A stretch of 64,000 nt of DNA, taken from Podarcis muralis (taxonomy: Eukaryota). Positions 25,496-37,523 of the stretch are shown piece after piece. The stretch spans positions 36,208,001 through 36,272,000 of the forward strand of contig NC_135657.1 in the NCBI RefSeq assembly GCF_964188315.1, in the 5' to 3' direction. Positions within the stretch are counted from its first letter, which is position 1. Each line of letters begins with the position of its first letter. The notes under the pieces are model-generated. The model searched no databases and was not told the origin of the DNA. It saw only the letters and a program-made list of their open reading frames with translations. Both the position numbers and the translations under genes were made by a program.

Positions 25496-26309
25496 TATTA
25501 AGGATTCCCCCCAGGTACCATCTGAGATGAATGCTGAGCCAAATATCTCAGCGGCATCTGAGATGTGGCAGGTGGAAAATGGAGAGAGGGAGGATTAATG
25601 CTGGTTGGCCATCTGGCCCATCAGCCAGATGCAACAACAAAACAGAAAAGGGAAATAGCAGGTACCACAGATAATTTGATGGCTTGATTTCCAGGTGATT
25701 TCTCCAAGATCCTGGCTAAATAGGAGCAAGTTTAATAGATAATGATTAAACAGACTTATTTCAAGTTTAACATAGTTTTGGGGAGAGCTGGGGGTTTGTT
25801 CACATTTAGCTGCTGATCATTCCAAAGGAAGGACACATACCGTCTTTCTCTTAGTGCATTAGTGACTTTATGGCCAAGGTGGTAAACCTATGTCCCTCCA
25901 AATGCTACAGGACTTCAACTCTCATCATCACTGCTCACCGGGCATGTTGGCTGGGGGATGATGGGCATTGTAGTAGCATTGCTACATCCACAACGCTTAA
26001 GGAGGAAAAGAGACACTTAGGGAGACAGGATTATGGAACAGAATCATCTCAAGAAACTGGGGGGAATAAAAAACAGTTACGTACTCAGCACTCAAAGGTT
26101 AAACCGGATGGAAGATCCTTTAGCTCCAGTGTAAGAGGCTGAGGCCCCTAGATTTCATTTCCCATAAAATAAAGTAGGTGAGGATTAAGCGTCCATTATC
26201 TAGAAGCCACAAGAAGTTTAGATCAGGCCTGCTGAAACACTCCAACTTAAGAGCTCAGTGATCACAGATATGGACTTCTGGGTTATGATCCAAAGCCCCC
26301 AACACTCAC

Positions 26310-26326
26310 AGACATCCTGTTCTTTT
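26310..26326 (-). other. Candidate 17-nt micro-exon AAAAGAACAGG-ATG-TCT
   Basis: Acceptor CATTTCTTTCCTAG and donor GTGAGT, both near consensus. Contains an ATG. Confidence 0.3.
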
Positions 26327-28380
26327 CTAGGAAAGAAATGATCTGCACACACAGAGATATTTCTGCATCACATGGACTGAACGTTCCCCAGCACACACAG
26401 GATCAGAACTCCTGGATTGCTCCTCTGATGCAGAAGAACCCACTAATCAATGTTTTTAAGAACCAGAGCTGACAGCATCCTATCTGTATTAAAGAAACCA
26501 AAACACACAGAGAAACAAAAAACCTCAGCTACCCCACATGGCCCAAAAGAAAGAATGTAGTTCCTGGAGACTCTGTTCTGCATCCCCAGTTCACACTGAC
26601 GCCATGTACAGTATGCATCCAAAGCAAAGCCAGATCTCAAGGCGGCTTTGAAGGGAACAGTGGCACATCTAAGCCAGGACACCACTGCACAGCTAAATTT
26701 CAGAATAGATTGGAATGGCTGATTCAATGTGATGTGGGAGACTGGAGCGAGAGGGAGAAGAAACATATCATCAGAGTTTTTTCTAACACTTAACACATTA
26801 GATCTGCTGCGACATGACATGCAGGTCTGTGTTTGCCATGAGTTCATAAATCCCCAGTCAGAAAAGGAGTGCCTCTGCATATTAAGTGTGCAACCTCTGC
26901 ATCCCAAAATGTTTCTGGGCACAACAAAATATTTGTCAGTATTTGAATGGAGGAGATTGGAAGTATCCACTTCCTGGTTTAAAATTTAAAAAAGACAATC
27001 CACACACACAGACAGAGTATCTTAAGAAACCACAGCAGTCAAGACCAAGATGCTGACAACCAACACCAGCAACAGAGGGGAGGACCTGGTGCAATGAGAT
27101 CTAGGGAGGCTCAGTAGCCCATCAAGGACCAACAGCTCCAGAGTTCTGCAAGCCATTTCCTCCCTTCAGCTACTTCCATTTCACACAAATATTGGCACAT
27201 TGCACAGGCATGCATTCGTAGCCCATTCCAGAACACAGCTCTTGATTCACTTTCTTCAATGGAAAGGCACCAAAATATGCTTATACCATAAAAGCCAGGC
27301 ACACAGAGAGGAATATAAATGCCTAATCATGGGGTGAACATCCTCCAAGAGAAATCTTGAAAATCGGTGGTCTCGTGAACTCCAACAGATCAAAACCACA
27401 ATGAGGTCATTTGTTAACTGTGGAAGAAGACTGCCTTTGGCAGGCTTTCATCCAGTTTGCCTCTGCTGCATTAATAACCTGGGACTTTTGAAATTCATAA
27501 TGCAAGCCAGTCATTTTCTGATAAAAACAGAAGGGGATTATGCACATTTCATCGTATATGACAGTATTAAATGGAGCTTTGAAGCAACGCTGTGGGTCTT
27601 GGATAGCTCCCCTGTGTTCTTAAGCTACTGGCTGCCTAGGCTGGAACCAAAACCAGCCTCCCTTACCCCTGGTGATAACTCCTTCCTTTCTGCACTGGCA
27701 TAAATTATATCTTGGAGTCCTCTAATAAAATTGAGGCCATCTATTAAAATCAAGAATTGGAAACTCCACAGCCACAAAGCCTCTGCTTGTTAAAGGCCCA
27801 CTTCCTATCAAGCATCTTGAAATAAATTTGAAATGAGATGGGCAGTGCCTTCATCACCAGCCATCAACACACTTTTCTGAAAATGAGATTGCTATTCCCC
27901 TCTCTAATTCAGAAGGCATTCAGCACCACAACTCACAGACTTAAGACAGTAAGTGATAACGATGGGAACGCCTTGTTTCAAACTGTCAAGGACTGTTGAC
28001 TACTGCCCCATCTGATGAGTCATGTAAAATGACAGGCTCTCAGATATGAACCAGATCTGGCTTCACTCATCTGGCTTCACTCCATCTTCCTCAGCTGGCC
28101 ATTGGAAGAGTGTAAAGGACTTTCTTTTCATCTAAACCATTCCCAAATAGCAGGGTTTACCTGAAATCTAGTGTGCCTTGCTCCTTGGCCCCAATTCTTC
28201 TCTTGTTCTCTGGGTTATCCTTTAGCTTTCAGTCCTGGATCCTAACTCTCTCCAGACCACCATCGAAGGAAATATCTCTTGATACTAATCAATCAGTCTC
28301 TCCTATACATTCAGCAAGAAATAAGTGTGCCATCACTCTAGTTCCTACCGACCACCAGGTAACTGGGTCATCAAGTAAAC

Positions 28381-28516
28381 CAGTGTTTCCCAACCTTGGG
28401 CCTCCAGCTGTTTTTGAACTACAATTCCCATCATCCCTGACCACTGGTCTTGCTAGGTAGGGATGATGGGAGTTGTAGTCCAAAAACAGCTGGAGGCCCA
28501 AGGTTGGGAAACACTG
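28381..28516. mobile_element. hAT (Charlie-like) palindromic MITE, 136 bp
   Basis: TIR CAGTGTTTCCCAACCTTGGG and a perfect TSD AAGTAAAC at 28373-28380 and 28517-28524. Confidence 0.92.
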
Positions 28517-30470
28517 AAGTAAACCACCTCAAGATTTATTTCTAATGGCACGTAGTATAGCTTTCTTTTAAATAGCTACAATAAAACAGCAAATACATTA
28601 AAAGAACTCAATACCAACAGTCTCAGCAGATACAATGGGGAGCTGTTAAAAGAAAATATTTTCACACACAGGCATAAATAACATTTACACTGTTGTTGTT
28701 CTTCATGGTACAAAACTTGGAACGTAGATTTTGGGGCAGGAAAATACTGATCCTGATTAAGACTGCACAATGCATTTATCTGCTTACTATATTTTTATCC
28801 TGCTTTTCAGGTAACTGTTCTTTCCCAAAGTGGCTCCATTTAATGTAGGAAAATAAGAAGCAGGTCCTGCGGCCATCACACTTACAAACAGGGTACTCAA
28901 GGGAAGGAAGAGTGGAGGGAAAATCAGCAGAGGAAGGAAGTCAGCTCTTCAAGGCCAAAACCAAGTGGCTTACAGAGTCTATAGGCATTTATATCAAGTC
29001 CTGGCCAGGTTGTGGGTCATGCATGGGGTGGTGGAGATGACAGGGGGTGAGCAAGATCCCTTTGTACAAGCAGAAGCTGTTCCATATGCAAGGACTTAGT
29101 TGAATACCCCTCTTCACATATCGCACTACAGGAGAACAAAACCAAGTCACCCTCATCAAATACTACTAATCATCCTCATCAAACAAACAAGATATGCAAA
29201 GCATCGTGCCTCTGCTTCTCTTCTTCACCCTCTCTCATTTCCGTTTCTTCATTGGTATTTAATCCATTGCACTGAGGGGAAAAAACTTTCAGTAGGACTT
29301 GAAACCTCACTCACTCACCAGAGGTAGAGTCAATCACCATCATTACCCTTGTGTGTGGTTTTATAGAAGTTTATTCCTATGCCTTCACCTCAGACCACTG
29401 GGAAAGTGAGTATGAGAGGCAAGACCTTCTCAGTGGTGTTGCCATGGCTCAAAAATACCCCCCACCAGAAAAGAGAATCAGCCCTGTTTAGACAGAAACT
29501 GAACAGGCATTATAATGTTTAACTCCTTGTTGCTCTGATATTGATTCCTAGACTAATTATTTGTAGTTCTTATGGTGCTTATGGTTATTATTATATGGTT
29601 ATAAAATGTTTCAGGAACTATCTTGTATTCATTGCACTGCATGTTAAATTGTAAGCTGCTCTGAGTGCTCTAAGGGCAGAAGAGTGGGATATAAATACAT
29701 AACAACAAAAGCAGAAACACTCACATCTTCCAGGTCATCTCTTGAGTAGGCGGCCCTTTGCTGAATTTTCATATGGGCTCCAATAGGAGAATCAGCTCTC
29801 CAATTTCTGTGAACCCCAAGGACTGTGAAGAATGTGGGCAATGTGTGAGAGCAGAAGGGGAAGGAGGGGGGAAATGAACTATACAGGCAGCGCTATTTTT
29901 GAGCTCAGCTTTTCCCATCAGTCCTGTTAACTTTTCTACAGCAGATAGAAAATGCTGGACTAGTCTGGGGGAAAGCCACACGGGTGGATAATTGCCTCTT
30001 TCAATTTATGAAGACCACAGAGTCTCATATTCCATGTTAGCTCGTCTTCTGATGTAACAGCGACTGTCATAAGTTGTTCTGATTAATAGTCAGCGCTGTA
30101 GGAATTAAGGGAAAATAACAGGCTGAAAAACTCTGGGGGTTTATACCACTTTAAAGAGCTGGCCCATGAGAAATTATACATAAAACTGGGGGTGGGGGGT
30201 GGGGAGAGAGACCAATAATAAATAAGACCCACAGTGATGAACAGGATTCAGCTAGTGCCCTGAGAGCTCCCAAAATAACCCTAACTGGACTAGAAAACAA
30301 AGGCCACAATATCTGACTGCCAATGGAACTGATATGAACATCAAGATGCACAGATGGAAGGCAGTTTTCTATGTGGTTATATCTGCAACAATCTTTACAT
30401 GTTTTACTTAGAAATGGAGATTAAAGTTTGAAAGCCAAGAGGTTCTATTTGTGTGGGGCAGGGTAGGTCC

Positions 30471-30475
<5 letters not shown>

Positions 30476-30514
<39 letters not shown>

Positions 30515-30556
30515 TTATTTATACCCTGCCCATCTGGCTGGGTTTCCCCAGCCGCT
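30476..30556 (-). mobile_element. L2 3' tip with (AAT)n microsatellite tail
   Basis: (AAT)n followed by TTTATACCCTGCCCATCTGGCTGGGTTTCCCCAGCC. Confidence 0.8.
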
Positions 30557-31927
30557 CAATTCCTGTTGTATTGAATTTGGGGCCTTTTGCATTCAAATAT
30601 GATACTCTACCACTGATCAACAGCCCTTCCCCAATTCTTGTTATAATATTTATATTGGTCGATACATATTTGTACTACCAAATTTCATGACTTCCTAGGA
30701 GTTGGGTTTTGGGAAACCACTGAGAATTCTTCTAGATCTTTAAATCTTTTTTTTATATATACACACACCCCACAACCATGCTTACAGTTCTATGTGAACC
30801 CCTATCGATTGCTGGGAATGCTTAAATGGGAGTATGCACGCAACTGAGACCATTTTGCCAGTGTGACCACGGCATAGAAGCTTCCTGACATAAGATCACG
30901 GGACTGCCCCGTTAAATCAAGTTTGTGCATAATGTTGCCTGGAGGGCGAATGTTGCAATAATGTAAAGGTTTGGAGAACTGAAGGGACGGTAAGCGATTC
31001 TGAGCATGTAGTTCTCTGTTATTGTTGCTGCTGCTGCTGCTGTTGCTTCTTCCTAATGAGTCCTCCAGTTTTTTTAAAAGGCTTTCATTACACAGACGAG
31101 CATTGGCCTCATCAATCCACAAGCAAGTCCCAACTCCCTACTGAGTGTCGACAGAATGCAAGGCTGCAAATTATGTTTTGCCGCTCAAAAACTTTTCATA
31201 CAGCGGAAGCCCGGGGAATCATTATCCTGTATCCTTCAACACATTTTGAAAACATCAATATGCTAATGAAAATCAGCTCTGCTTTTTTCCATCATCACGT
31301 CTAGACAGAACAACTAACCCCCTCCCAGCTGAAAGCAGCCGTGTGGTTAAGAACAGATGGGCTTGTGCTCAGCTCAAATAAGAGGAATGGGATGCTTTGG
31401 GAGATGGGGTGATGGCGGAGGAGAGAAGATGGGCAAAGAAAACATAGGCTGGAATATTTGCTGTTGGTAGAATTCGGCCCTGTGACTGCCAGACTAAGGG
31501 AAAGGACATGCTAGCCCCAACCATTTGCCAAAGGAACAAGAGTCACGAAGCACTCTTCAAGCAATGCGATCAGCAAGAGAAAGTCAACCTGGCCTGGACT
31601 AAATATAAATGCTTGTAGACTGTGTACGCCGCTTCGTTGTGGCCATGAAGAACTGACCTTCTTCCTCAACCCTTTGCCTCCACTCTTCCTTTCCTCATGT
31701 GCTGTGTCTTCTTAGCTTGTCTGCATAAGCCTCATGCAGAGCCTGTTTCTATTTATTTATTTTTAATGATTTTACACACTTTGGGAGAAAATAATGGTCT
31801 GAATCGCAGAATTAATGCAATGTAAGAAAGAAAGAAGTGTGTGTTAAACCTCAGGACATGGCTAAAAAAGAAGAAAAACCTTGCATCTGTTCCACTGAGA
31901 TGCAGATCTCACAGTTGGCCATAACTA

Positions 31928-32312
31928 GGGATTGAGGAAATCTGTTTGGTTCACATTTTAATATAAGCCTACCATTCTAACACATTTCCCAGTAACGTAT
32001 GAACCAAAACAATACTATCCTTCAAAATTCACCCTTCTCCTAATTTTCCAATGCAGTTCACCAACCCAGAAATGTATACCAAAATGCACATATTAGGAAA
32101 AGTATACATAAAAATGCATGATATAAAAGGGAAATGGTTGCAAATATGCATACACTGGGCAAAATTGAACACTAAAATATGCACGTTAGGAGAAATCCTC
32201 ACTAAAGCAAATGAATTTGAGAACCTTTTTTTTAATGCAAGCTGATGTAGAAATGTGAAGAACAGAGATTAAGACTGGAAAAATGAGAAACATGGAGTAA
32301 CTGAAATTGACA
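31928..32312. mobile_element. Lacertid non-autonomous DNA-transposon-like repeat (TAGGGA... end, internal AAAATGCA/TATATTAGG subrepeats)
   Basis: Recalled lacertid repeat pattern with internal short direct repeats. The right end is cut by the adjacent MITE. Confidence 0.5.
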
Positions 32313-32363
32313 TACAGTGGTACCTTGGGTTACGAACTTAATTTGTTCCGGAGGTCCATTTTT

Positions 32364-32805
32364 TTTAAAAAATATTTTTTATTGCGTTTCTTTTCATAGT
32401 TTTGTACATTTCAAATTATACAAGAGAACCCAAATGCAAGAAACATTTTTTTTGATTTTTTTAACATTGGACTTCCCCACACCTTCCAAAGCTGCGTTCT
32501 TTGTAATAACAATATCAGCAATTTGTTACCTTATTTCAAACCTTATTACAACTTTCAATTATTATGTCTCCACATTCAATATGTTGTATCTCACTTTTGA
32601 TACCTTTAAAATAAACATAATATGTTTGGTTCACTTATCTTCTTTTCTCATTTGTGACTTATTTTACCATTTGCTTAATCATATTTGCTAAAGCATAACA
32701 TTTTCAATAACATGCACTATCTTAAAATTCATACAACTTATAATATTTTTGCAGATAGTCTTTAAATTTTTTCCAATCCCCCTGAACTGATTCTTCATCC
32801 AAATC
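32364..32805 (-). mobile_element. L1-clade LINE 3' fragment
   Basis: Minus strand reads DLDEESVQGDWKKFKDYLQKYYKLYEF*, then an AT-rich UTR and A tail. 16-bp TSD CCGGAGGTCCATTTTT at 32348-32363 and 32806-32821. Confidence 0.75.
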
Positions 32806-32834
32806 CCGGAGGTCCATTTTTAACCCAAAACCAA

Positions 32835-33090
32835 AGCCAGTGTGGTGTAGTGGTTAAGAGCGGTAGTCACGTAACCTGGGTAACCGGGTTCGCGTCTCCG
32901 CTCCTCCACATGCAGCTGCTGGGTGACCTTGGGCCAGTCACACTTCTTTGAAGTCTCTCAGCCCCACTCACCTCACAGAGTGTTTGTTGTGGGGGAGGAA
33001 GGGAAAGGAGATTGTTAGCCGCTTTGAGACTCCTGAAGGGGAGTGAAAGGCGGGATATCAAATCCAAACTCTTCTTCTTCTTCTTCTTCT
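32835..33090 (+). mobile_element. Squam3 (MIR/Ther1-derived) SINE
   Basis: Head AGCCAGTGTGGTGTAGTGGTTAAGAG, core GCTGGGTGACCTTGGGCCAGTCAC, tail GGATATCAAATCCAAACT(CTT)n. Confidence 0.85.
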
Positions 33091-34323
33091 TAACCTTAGG
33101 CACACTTTTGCTAATGGGGCCTCCTGCTGCCACCATGCTGAGTGATTTCCGTTCTCATCCTGGGGCAAAGTTTGCAACCCAAGGTACTACTTCCGGGTTA
33201 ACGGAGTTTGTAACCCGAAGTGTTTGTAACCCGAAGTGTTTATAACCTGAGGTACCATTGTATTTGTCCATGACTATGTTCAAATCGTAAGAACATACCC
33301 AGCTGGTAGCTGCTCTGAAGGGCAAAATAAATTTGTAGTTCATGCAAGTTGTCACTGCCATTCCTTCAACATGTTTTCGGATTTTGGAGCATGTTTGCAA
33401 ACTCTGGGCTCTAGAGCTGACCCCCGCTTGATTCAATGTGAGCCTTGCTGAGCTTCATCCAAATTCACTGAGAAACAGAACTTCCTCCTACAAGTTTTTG
33501 TTGTATGCTGTATTACCCAATGGGACAGAAATTATGGGGCAAAAGGTTTCCACCTGCTAGGGATTCTATTAAGACATTTTGTTTTACTTCTGGCAGAATC
33601 AGATCTGAGTGAGCACATAATTTAATGAAAGGAGGGATCATATCAGGCAAAGTCAGGCTTAAAGGGTGGAGCGGGGCTGGGGGTGGGAAGAGCTTCACTA
33701 AATTTTTTGGCGTTCAAGTTTACCCTACTCCTTCAGTTTCAGAGCATGAAGCACAGAAAGCCCTGAGCCTTAAAAAAGGCAAAAGGCCAAAAGCTACATG
33801 GGAATAAAGATATAAATTAAACAGAGGAAGGAGAACGCACAGAAGTTCATCCGCCTCTGACTAGTTTAACAGGCTGTTCCCTTCCTTCTGAATGGTTTGT
33901 GTTTTCGGAGATTTCTAGTGAATTTGAAAGCTTTGCATGGGATTTACCTGAGGTAAATTCATCCTCGTACCTGAAATACATTTGTTGCCTATTCATCCAG
34001 AGGACAGACAGCATTTCTAAAGATCAATGAGAAATAGAAAATATTGGGCAGGGAGCATAATTTGGTCCAGTCATATTTGATATATTACAGCCCTTACTGG
34101 CAGTTAGGATGCTAGATACCAGAAAAGCCATGACTTGCTTTTGCCTGGATCCTGACCCTTGTACGAAATCCCACATTCCCTCCATAGACAGCTTTTGACT
34201 CTGAGACAGCGCAGTTCAGGCTGCAGGGCCAAAGGGAAAACTCCAAAAAGGATTCAGAACCATTCATCCAGCCTCAGCTGCAAAGGTGAGTATCCCTTGC
34301 ATCTTTCGCGATCTCACTGGTGG

Positions 34324-34690
34324 TGGTTGTTGTTGTTGTTTAGTCGTTTAGTCGTGTCCGACTCTTCGTGACCCCATGGACCAGAGCACGCCAGGCACTC
34401 CTGTCTTCCACTGCCTCCCGCAGTTTGGTCAAACTCATGTTGGTAGCTTTGAGAACACTGTCCAACCATCTCATCCTCTGTCGTCCCCTTCTCCTTGTGC
34501 CCTCCAACATCAGGGTCTTTCCCAGGGAGTCTTCTCTTCTCATGAAGTGGCCAAAGTATTGGAGCCTCAGCTTCACGATCTGTCCTTCCAGTGAGCACTC
34601 AGGGCTGATTTCCTTAAGAATGGATAGGTTTGTTCTTCTTGCAGTCCATGGGACTCTCAAGAGTCTCCTCCAGCACCATAATTCAAAAGC
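34324..34690 (-). mobile_element. Bov-B (RTE) LINE 3' fragment
   Basis: RVPWTARRTN...LRLQYFGH...RRRGRQRMRWLD...AWRALVHGVTKSRTRLND, then a (CAA)n tail. 13-bp TSD ATCTCACTGGTGG at 34311-34323 and 34691-34703. Confidence 0.95.
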
Positions 34691-35744
34691 ATCTCACTGG
34701 TGGAGGATATAGCAAAAAGATATATACTGTACAAAACCATAACATACTGTTACCATCTTTTCTCTAAAACCTATAGCATTTGGCAGGACAGATGCCAGCA
34801 GAAAACAAGTAGGTTCCCCAGAACTGGGAAGTCACCCCGGCCTGTTGGCATGAAACTCACAGCTCAATCAGCTTGACATACCTTTCCCTTCCCAACTTCA
34901 AGCAGAGACATTTCTTCTAATCCCCTTATAAGAATGTAAGAAGAACCACATTGGATCAGGCTAAAGACCCCTCTAGTCCAACATCCTGCTGTCACAAGGA
35001 TGACCCACCAGATGCCTATAGAAAGCCTGCAAGCAGGGCATGAGTGCGACAGTGCTTTCCCCACTTCTGGTTCTCAGCAAGTGGTAGTAAGAGGCTTATT
35101 GCTTCTGACAGAGGAGATAGAACATAGCCACTGTGGTTAGTAGCCCTCAATAAGCCTTATCCTCTAGGAATCTGTCTTCACTTTCTTGCCTTTCGAGAGG
35201 GTGAAAAAGTGTCGTATCTGATCAGCTCTCAATGAGACAGAAACAAACTGTAAAGAGTTACATATTTCCCAGCTCCAAGAAAAGGAACTGTGCAATTTTC
35301 TTCCCCCATGGCAGCCATATTCACTTTTAAATGAAGGCACTTCTATTCTTGGCAGTACTCTGGGCAAAGCTTTTCTCTGCCTGCTGAGAGAAACAAGGCA
35401 GTCGGTAGACTGCTGAGTAACTCCTATCCACAAAAAGAAATCAATTGAGATGTCATTCGTTCAGACCCTCGCTAGACACATTCCCACTCAAGAAATTAAA
35501 ATTGCAAAGGGTTCCTTACTTAGGTTTGACTGCAAGTTCTTTCTTGGTGTTACGGGAAAAATCACCAGAAAAACACCAAACATAGATCTGTGAGCCTCCA
35601 AAAAGTTTTACATTACCCCCTGAAGAATTATTAGAAGCGCTCGCCTACCAACACACTTCTGGGAATTTTTAAACTATGCAATTCTGTAAAGGCATTAAGA
35701 TTAAGAAACGGAATCCAGTTAATTGTGCCGTGGCTTACTGAGTA

Positions 35745-35984
35745 CAGTGGTACCTTGGGTTACAAACTTAATTTGTTCCGGAGGTCCGTTCTTAACCTGA
35801 GGCGCGCTTTCGCTAATGGGGCCTCCTGCTGCCGCCATGCCGCCAGCGTGCAATTTCCGTTCTCATCCTGGGGCAAAGTTCTCAACCCAAGGTACTACTT
35901 CCGGGTTAACAAAGTTTGTAACCTGAAGTGTTTGTAACCCGAAGCGTTTGTAACCCGAGGCGTTTGTAACCCGAGGTACCATTT
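35745..35984. mobile_element. Tigger-type MITE with an internal tandem of GTTTGTAACCCGA(A/G)G
   Basis: TIRs and TA flanks. About four 15-bp tandem units near the right end. Confidence 0.85.
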
Positions 35985-36665
35985 TATCAGCTTGTGGCAG
36001 CACTGACACAGACCTTCATTGGTGGTACCATGTTACGGAACGTACTCCCCACGGAAATATGAGAGACCTCCATCAGTATTGGCATTCCGGAGGCTTCTGA
36101 GGACACAGCTGTTTCATACAGGCATTTCCTAAATCTCTTACCAAGATTTTCCTATTTTAATTATTGTGTTATTTTATTGAGATTGTTTTATTGCATATTC
36201 TAATGGTGGATGCTTCGATTTTAATGTCTGTGTAATTGGTTTTTACACTTGTAAACTGTTCAGAGGCCTATTCCAGCATTAAGCAGTATCTAAATCCATA
36301 AATAAATAATAAAGCATAGTTCAGAGAAATCCCAGTGTGTTGAAATGAATCAAGCACAATGAGGGGGATGGAATGTGTGTTGCTATCTTTTAAACATACA
36401 CACATGAAAACACAAAACTGTGTACGGTGCATCATATCTAAGTCCCATGTCCACCGTGATCTCAAACAGAGGACTGTGATCTGTACCGCATCACACAACA
36501 TCTCCACAACCATCAGCAAGGGATTGAGAGAGCCAGCGACACTGACCTACAGATCTACCCCAGATCACGCTGCAGCACAACAAATCACAATTCTCAGATA
36601 AGGGCTCAGTTTCTTCTCTTTGGCAATCGCTCGTAGCCGAGCAAGATTGTCTTCCATGAATATGG

Positions 36666-36875
36666 ATTCAGGTAGGCAGCCGTGTTGGTCTGTTGCAGTC
36701 GAAATAAATAAATAAAAATTTAAAATTGTTCAGTAGCACCTTAGAGACCAACTAAGTTTGTTCTGGGTATAAGCTTACAGTATCTGAAGAAGTGTGCGTG
36801 CACATGAAAGTTTATACCCAGAACAAACTTAGTTGGTCTCTAAGGTGCTACTGGACAATTTTTTTATTTTTTTTA
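36666..36875. mobile_element. Short PLE-derived inverted (head-to-head) pLTR remnant
   Basis: 53-bp arms at 36724-36776 and 36808-36860 (2 mismatches) of the CAGTAGCACCTTAGAGACCAACTAAG type. 14-bp direct repeat TTCCATGAATATGG at 36652-36665 and 36876-36889. Confidence 0.8.
36780..36817 (+). ncRNA. Minimal hammerhead ribozyme motif (stem III mutated)
   Basis: GUAU-CUGAAGA-A-GUGUGC-GU-GCACAU-GAAA-GUUU-AUAC. Stem I is 4 bp and stem II is 6 bp with a G-U pair. Stem III is AGUU instead of palindromic AGCU. Confidence 0.55.
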
Positions 36876-37454
36876 TTCCATGAATATGGTCAGTGAACCA
36901 CATCTGTACAGTCAATTTCCACATGTATCATTTGTCCATGGTCCTAAAAAACACTGTGCCATGCACCATCACATCCATATATGTCCATGCCAAGGGTCAG
37001 ATCAACAGCTATTCAACGGCACATGTGCTTCTGCTAGTGCATAACCCTATCTCCTCCCCTTTGTGTCCCTTCCGTTCCCCACCCTCATTGGCTCTGAAGG
37101 GGAGAGTCAGGAGAACCCCCAGAAGAGTACAGGAGGAGGAATGGGGATATTGTTTGATCAGGCAAGCAGAGATGCTTGTGCTGAAACAAGGGATCACCTG
37201 GGCACTGCTTCGAATTTCTCTCCAATACTGCACAAACACCTTTTTAGCCCCAGCCTTATTTGTCCAGCCAGCATCAAACAGTATTATGGGAGTGATAAGA
37301 CCATTTGCTGAGTCTCACAACTCCATTTATAAATGAAACAGGTGCAGAAATGTAGAGATTTAAGAGGAAAAGGAGGTTCTATCACCATTTTTGGTCTGGC
37401 TTTTGCAATGGTAAATGCTCCAAATGGCTGGGGCACAAGGGCAGGGTACCTTAC

Positions 37455-37523
37455 GGATAAAGATCAGTATAAACCATGTCATAGGTCGCAGCAACCTGGC
37501 AGACACCTCTGAATTTGCGGCCA
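37455..37523 (-). other. Candidate 69-nt exon of the minus-strand gene
   Basis: Acceptor TGTGTTTGTATTTCCTCCAG and donor TCC|GTAAGG. Two frames are open, and it contains an ATG. Confidence 0.45.

Larger units (their letters stand above)
32315..33260. mobile_element. Tigger-type MITE interrupted by an L1 3' end and a Squam3 SINE
   Basis: Left TIR CAGTGGTACCTTGGGTTA and right TIR TAACCTGAGGTACCATTG-TA. The remaining pieces align to the 35745 copy. Confidence 0.85.

Noticed and set aside
26443-26970. 175-aa minus-strand ORF
   Set aside because: No domain similarity and atypical composition. It starts at a non-ATG codon in the track.
34090-34290. Candidate exons on both strands (plus 34188-34285; overlapping minus-strand acceptor)
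   Set aside because: Splice-like sites exist on both strands with several open frames, so they cannot be discriminated without RNA data.
34368-34712. Plus-strand ORFs over Bov-B (also 61132-61518)
   Set aside because: Antisense shadows of the Bov-B coding strand.
35905-35980. Regular short direct repeats suggestive of a CRISPR array
   Set aside because: 15-bp tandem units without unique spacers, inside a eukaryotic MITE. No cas genes.
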